The notes beneath the pieces are model-generated. The model was not told the origin of the DNA and searched no databases. It saw nothing but the letters and a program-made list of their open reading frames with translations. A stretch of DNA of 64,000 bases, from NCBI GenBank assembly GCA_965153355.1, contig OZ231126.1:9858001-9922000 (forward strand), written 5' to 3'. Positions 1 through 64,000 of the stretch are shown piece after piece (the first letter of the stretch is position 1; every line of letters begins with the position of its first letter). Position numbers and translations under genes: made by a program. This DNA is from Flaccisagitta enflata. Lineage: Eukaryota.

Positions 1-638
1 GATAAAGCAGCTACTCCAACAGCTGCTGCTGATGCAGCCGAGGATCTCCCGGGATTTGCTCTGGGTCTCAACTCGGGTGGGGCTCCGGCACCTGAAGAGG
101 ACGTAATCGTATTTCCAGCAGCGAATGTACCGCCGCCGTCCTGATTCACTTGAGAAAACCCACCACCGCCCCCAACAACACCCCCACCGCTGACATCAAC
201 ACCACCACCCCTATCACCACCCTGTACGGCGAGAATCCTCTCCTGGGCATCCTCGCTGAGATCCTCCAATTGCTGCTGGGTGGCGACTCTACCAAAGATG
301 ATGAAATCTAAAATATGGAACCAAACTCGCGTCTCCTCGGCGTCGTCAGAGTGATAAAATTGAATTTTGAGGTTCTGCGAATCCGCGCCGCGCATCAACA
401 GACAAACGGAATCCACATTTTTACGAGCTCTGCCATGATCCATTTCGATGTTGAGACATTCCAATGACTGGAGATCCAAGCGATGCGGGGAGACGGAATC
501 CTCCTCGCGCATCAACTCGGACTTCCACGAGGACAATTCGAAATCTGCGAGGACGAGGAATTTCTTCTCCCAGGCGCGGCCGTTAATGCGGGTCATCATC
601 CAACCATTCATTGACGAATAGTCATCGCCATTGGCCAT
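1..638 (-). CDS. PH-domain protein, 5' part (runs off the window)
   Basis: Hand translation from ATG 638 is open to the window edge: MANGDDYSSMNGWMMTRINGRAWEKKFLVLADFELSSWKSE...RLDL...FYHSDDAEETRVWFHILD (PH beta1/beta2 pattern and C-terminal helix Trp), then a Gly-rich region. Not in the ORF track because there is no stop in the window. Confidence 0.75.
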   Translation of the reverse strand, partial: MANGDDYSSMNGWMMTRINGRAWEKKFLVLADFELSSWKSELMREEDSVSPHRLDLQSLECLNIEMDHGRARKNVDSVCLLMRGADSQNLKIQFYHSDDAEETRVWFHILDFIIFGRVATQQQLEDLSEDAQERILAVQGGDRGGGVDVSGGGVVGGGGGFSQVNQDGGGTFAAGNTITSSSGAGAPPELRPRANPGRSSAASAAAVGVAAL

Positions 639-1078
639 GTTTTCAAGAGGCTCAAATTTATGGGTTGTTAGCTTCGACTTTTTATTCTCCAGGATTGATT
701 TGAGTTTTGTTCAGGTATATATGATTACAGTTAATGATCGATATGGACCCAATTATATAATCGAAATTAACAATCCTAGCGATAAAAATGTCAACGGTAA
801 TTATGAAAAAGGTGCGGTCTTTTTATTTTCAAAATAAATAAGTCAACAACAAGATCATTAAAACGCAAATGCAAATATTAAAATGGTATTTCAGAAGGTA
901 CGAATTGTTTGTGCCATTTTGAAGATGGGAGGGGATTCAAAAAATGGACACTAGATATCGGGGAATACATTCTTAAACCAGGATTCAATTTTAGAGAGAG
1001 AGGATGATTGAATGTGATGGACGGGAGAGTACTTGATTAAACTCAGGATAGGATCAACTGAATCATGGACCCAAGAAT

Positions 1079-61101
<60,023 letters not shown>

Positions 61102-61464
61102 TGTTTCTCAACAAATTAAGAGTCGCAAACTTTGCTTTATCTTTGTCACTCATTCAACGGATAAGTCAAGCAGTTGATCGTACAGGCACCACAACTCGGA
61201 TGACAGACATCATCGGTTGTGCAATAAGTTGGCGTACAGACGTTGTTTCTAACAAAGTCTCATTCTGAAAAAAAAAGATGATGAAATGAAGCCACGCGCG
61301 AACCACCGGATCATTCTTACTAAAACAATTGCAATTAGGACTAGGAATGTGTAATCAGGTCGCAAGGGCACAAGGATGTGAACATCTTTATAAAAAGAAA
61401 ACCTGTAAACTTCACATTACCATTAAGTGCGTTTACATATATAAGTTTTTCATTCTACTCATAT

Positions 61465-62224
61465 TTATTTCTTCTTCTTTTTCTTGAGCCCCTCTGCCTC
61501 GGCTCCGGCTGGGACAACCGGGACGGCGTATTTGGACAAGGACAATCGGTTGATGAAATAAGTGGCCACGATGGACAGGATGAGACAAACCGTGACGCAG
61601 ACACGATGCACCATTCCGGCGGCGAACAACGCCAATCCCAGAGCCAAAACGAGCTGGAAAAGGGAGACAGTGGATAAGTGATAAGAAACAATGACGCATG
61701 CACTCGGCACTCCGCATACACTCTAATCGACCATGTATCACGCCGTGGATTTAATGCACGGCTAAGTCTTAGCAAGCATCCTTTCTCATGCTTGCTCATT
61801 TACTGCATGTCCATTAAATGAGAATGAACAATTGAACAAGGATTGCTTTTAACCTCCACAACTGAACCTACCTCGGGGAAGATCTTGGCTTGGAAGCTGC
61901 GACCGAACATGGTCATCTCGAGATTACTGATGGCCGTCAAGAGAAACACGAACAATTGAGACCCTGAGTAAAAAGGGTGGTAGAAATAGGGAAAAGAAGA
62001 GAACTACTCTTATCACTCATGTCCACATAATCCATATTACAGCATTACCAATTCATCAGCTTAGTTCATCCTCACACTTGAACTTAAATCTCACCAAGAA
62101 ATCCTCCGAGGATGGTGCCCCATTCGGTGGCAGCCAACGGCACTTTGTACAATTGCATTCCGGCAAACACGATCATCGTCAGAGTTATGGACAAAATGAA
62201 ACTGTTATACGAGCTCACCGCCAT
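61465..62224 (-). CDS. KRTCAP2: Oligosaccharyltransferase subunit KCP2 (keratinocyte-associated protein 2)
   Basis: Exons 62224-62095, 61963-61872, 61653-61465 give [92 protein letters not shown], matching the family motifs. Confidence 0.93.
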
Positions 62225-62730
62225 TTTTACGTTTTTTCGCTTTTTCTTTTTTGATAAATCGGCCTGAAAAAAAAAAACAAATAACGCGCGAAAATGAAGG
62301 CTCAGATTGAGTGTATCTAGTATTCTAGTAGCGTAAAAGAAAGATTTTTTTTTCTTCAGTCTAAAAAGTAAAAGAAACTAAGTAAGACCCAGAAATCAGT
62401 CTGTCGACAAGAAACTTCGTTGGAGTTGAAAAAAAAACGGAATATCGAAATGTAAAGCGAGTAAAAGATGTGTATAAACTTCTATGAACTCTGTGATATA
62501 AACTTCTATGAACTCTGTGATAGAAAATCGAACAAACGTAGAAAATCGAACAAACGTTGGTATAATTGTACACCTAAAAGGTAAAAAGAAACGATGTGTT
62601 TTACAAAAATACGAAAATACACAATGGTTGCGACTTAAGACACGCCTAATCATTGAACGTTTCTATCAAAATCTCACAACTCATCTCGGCACATCACGTC
62701 CTGCATCATCTCTTAAAAGTTAGTTTCCTA

Positions 62731-63332
62731 CAGTGGGGTTCGTGGAATAACAGCCTAAACTGGAGGAAGGTATTTAAGTGTCTTAATTTCATTTGACAAA
62801 CTTGATATTTGAAATGTAAGTTGTTCATTCGATGTTTTTGTCCCTGAGTTTGTCGGTTGCTATGGAAACCAAAATTATTTTTTCAAACATTTATAACTAC
62901 TAAAACATCAATATTTTGAGAAATATTGTCAGGGAACATTGCTCAAAATCAAATTTACTACAACTTTCCCACAGTATGTTTTGTAAGAATATTGCTCGTT
63001 TGGCCCTTGCTAGTGGGCATCACACCTAGCAACCGCTAAATGATGCTCCCTAGCAACGGCTAAACAAGCAATATTCTTACAGGACATACTGTGGGAAAGT
63101 TGTAGCAAATTTAATTCTGAGCAATGTTCCCTGATAATATTTGTCAAAATATTGATATTCTAGTTGTTATAAATGTTCAAAAAAATGATTTTGGTTTCCA
63201 TAGCAACCAAAAAACTCAGGGACAAAAGCATCAAGTGAACAATTTATATTTCAAATATCAAGTTTGTCAAATAATATTAAGACACTAAAATACCTTCCTC
63301 CAGTTTAGGCTGTTATTCCACGAACCCCACTG
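62731..63332. mobile_element. Tc1/mariner-type palindromic MITE
   Basis: CAGTGGGGTTCGTGGAATAACAGCC ends, TA on both flanks, inverted arms of about 270 bp. Confidence 0.9.
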
Positions 63333-63393
63333 TACTTGAAAGAAGTTTACAGACGCAATCACTCTCCGCCAATCGCGGGTGTTAAACGCAGAA

Positions 63394-64000
63394 TCATTCA
63401 TCGGTGTGGCTTCTCTTGTGAACGTGTAAATTGTCAGATCGATAAAAAGTTTTCTCGCATCTGTCACACTGAAATAGTTTGTCTCCATTGTGTATTCTCT
63501 CATGCCTGCGAAAACTTTTTCGACCATAAAATTCTTTGCCGCATGCATTGCACTTGAAGGGTTTTTCCCCAGTGTGAAGTCTCACGTGCTCGTGTAAATG
63601 GCGTGCACGAATAAAAGCTTTATCGCACTTGTCACACTTGTGGGGTTTTTCACCAGTGTGAATCATTGTGTGTTCCCGCAAATGGCTGGAGTGACCAAAA
63701 GCTTTTGGACAATGGTCACACTTAAATGGTTTCTCGCCCGTATGAATCCTTTTGTGAACTCGTAAATAGCCCAATTGGGAAAATGCTTTACTACATTGAT
63801 CACACTTGTATGGCTTTTCTCCTGAGTGGTAAATCCTCTTATGAGACAGCAAACTGATGGACTGTGCAAAAGCTTTTTCACATTGATTACACGCATATGG
63901 CTTTTCTCTGGTATGAATTTTCACATGTCTACGCAAATTGCTAGCATTAGTAAAAGCCTTGTCACACTGGACACACTTGTGTGGTTTTTCACCTGTGTGA
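63394..64000 (-). CDS. C2H2 zinc-finger protein, 3' part
   Basis: Seven tandem CxxC..HxxxH fingers with HTGEKP linkers. The frame is open to the window edge, stop at 63394. Confidence 0.93.
   Translation of the reverse strand, partial: HTGEKPHKCVQCDKAFTNASNLRRHVKIHTREKPYACNQCEKAFAQSISLLSHKRIYHSGEKPYKCDQCSKAFSQLGYLRVHKRIHTGEKPFKCDHCPKAFGHSSHLREHTMIHTGEKPHKCDKCDKAFIRARHLHEHVRLHTGEKPFKCNACGKEFYGRKSFRRHERIHNGDKLFQCDRCEKTFYRSDNLHVHKRSHTDE

Overview
Eukaryotic (animal-like) genomic window. Four host genes lie head-to-tail on the minus strand: a partial C2H2 zinc-finger gene, KRTCAP2, a 20-exon TAF1 (61101-1079, about 3100 aa when spliced, all intron phases consistent) and a partial PH-domain gene. 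TAF1 introns hold three LTR retroelements, each with a 4-bp TSD and a tRNA-Gly-like PBS: a gag-only element (4272-9686), a pol-less element with apparently identical 822-bp LTRs (19791-24596), and a 28-kb Ty3/gypsy element (26926-55134). The gypsy element is the most unusual object. It has intact gag and pol joined by a GGGAAAC -1 frameshift site plus a predicted pseudoknot, an integrase ending in a FLYWCH-like zinc finger, and, in the env position, a 1231-aa nuclear-looking protein with a DEDDy 3'-5' exonuclease, a helical region, a second dead exonuclease-like domain (Mut-7/Nibbler/EXD3-like layout), a coiled coil and an RS tail. This element splits an antisense nested gene encoding two C6H2/MYND-like fingers, and is itself invaded by nested DNA transposons. 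TAF1 exon edges are repeatedly echoed as decayed copies in adjacent introns. All family calls are by-eye motif recognition; no database search was run.
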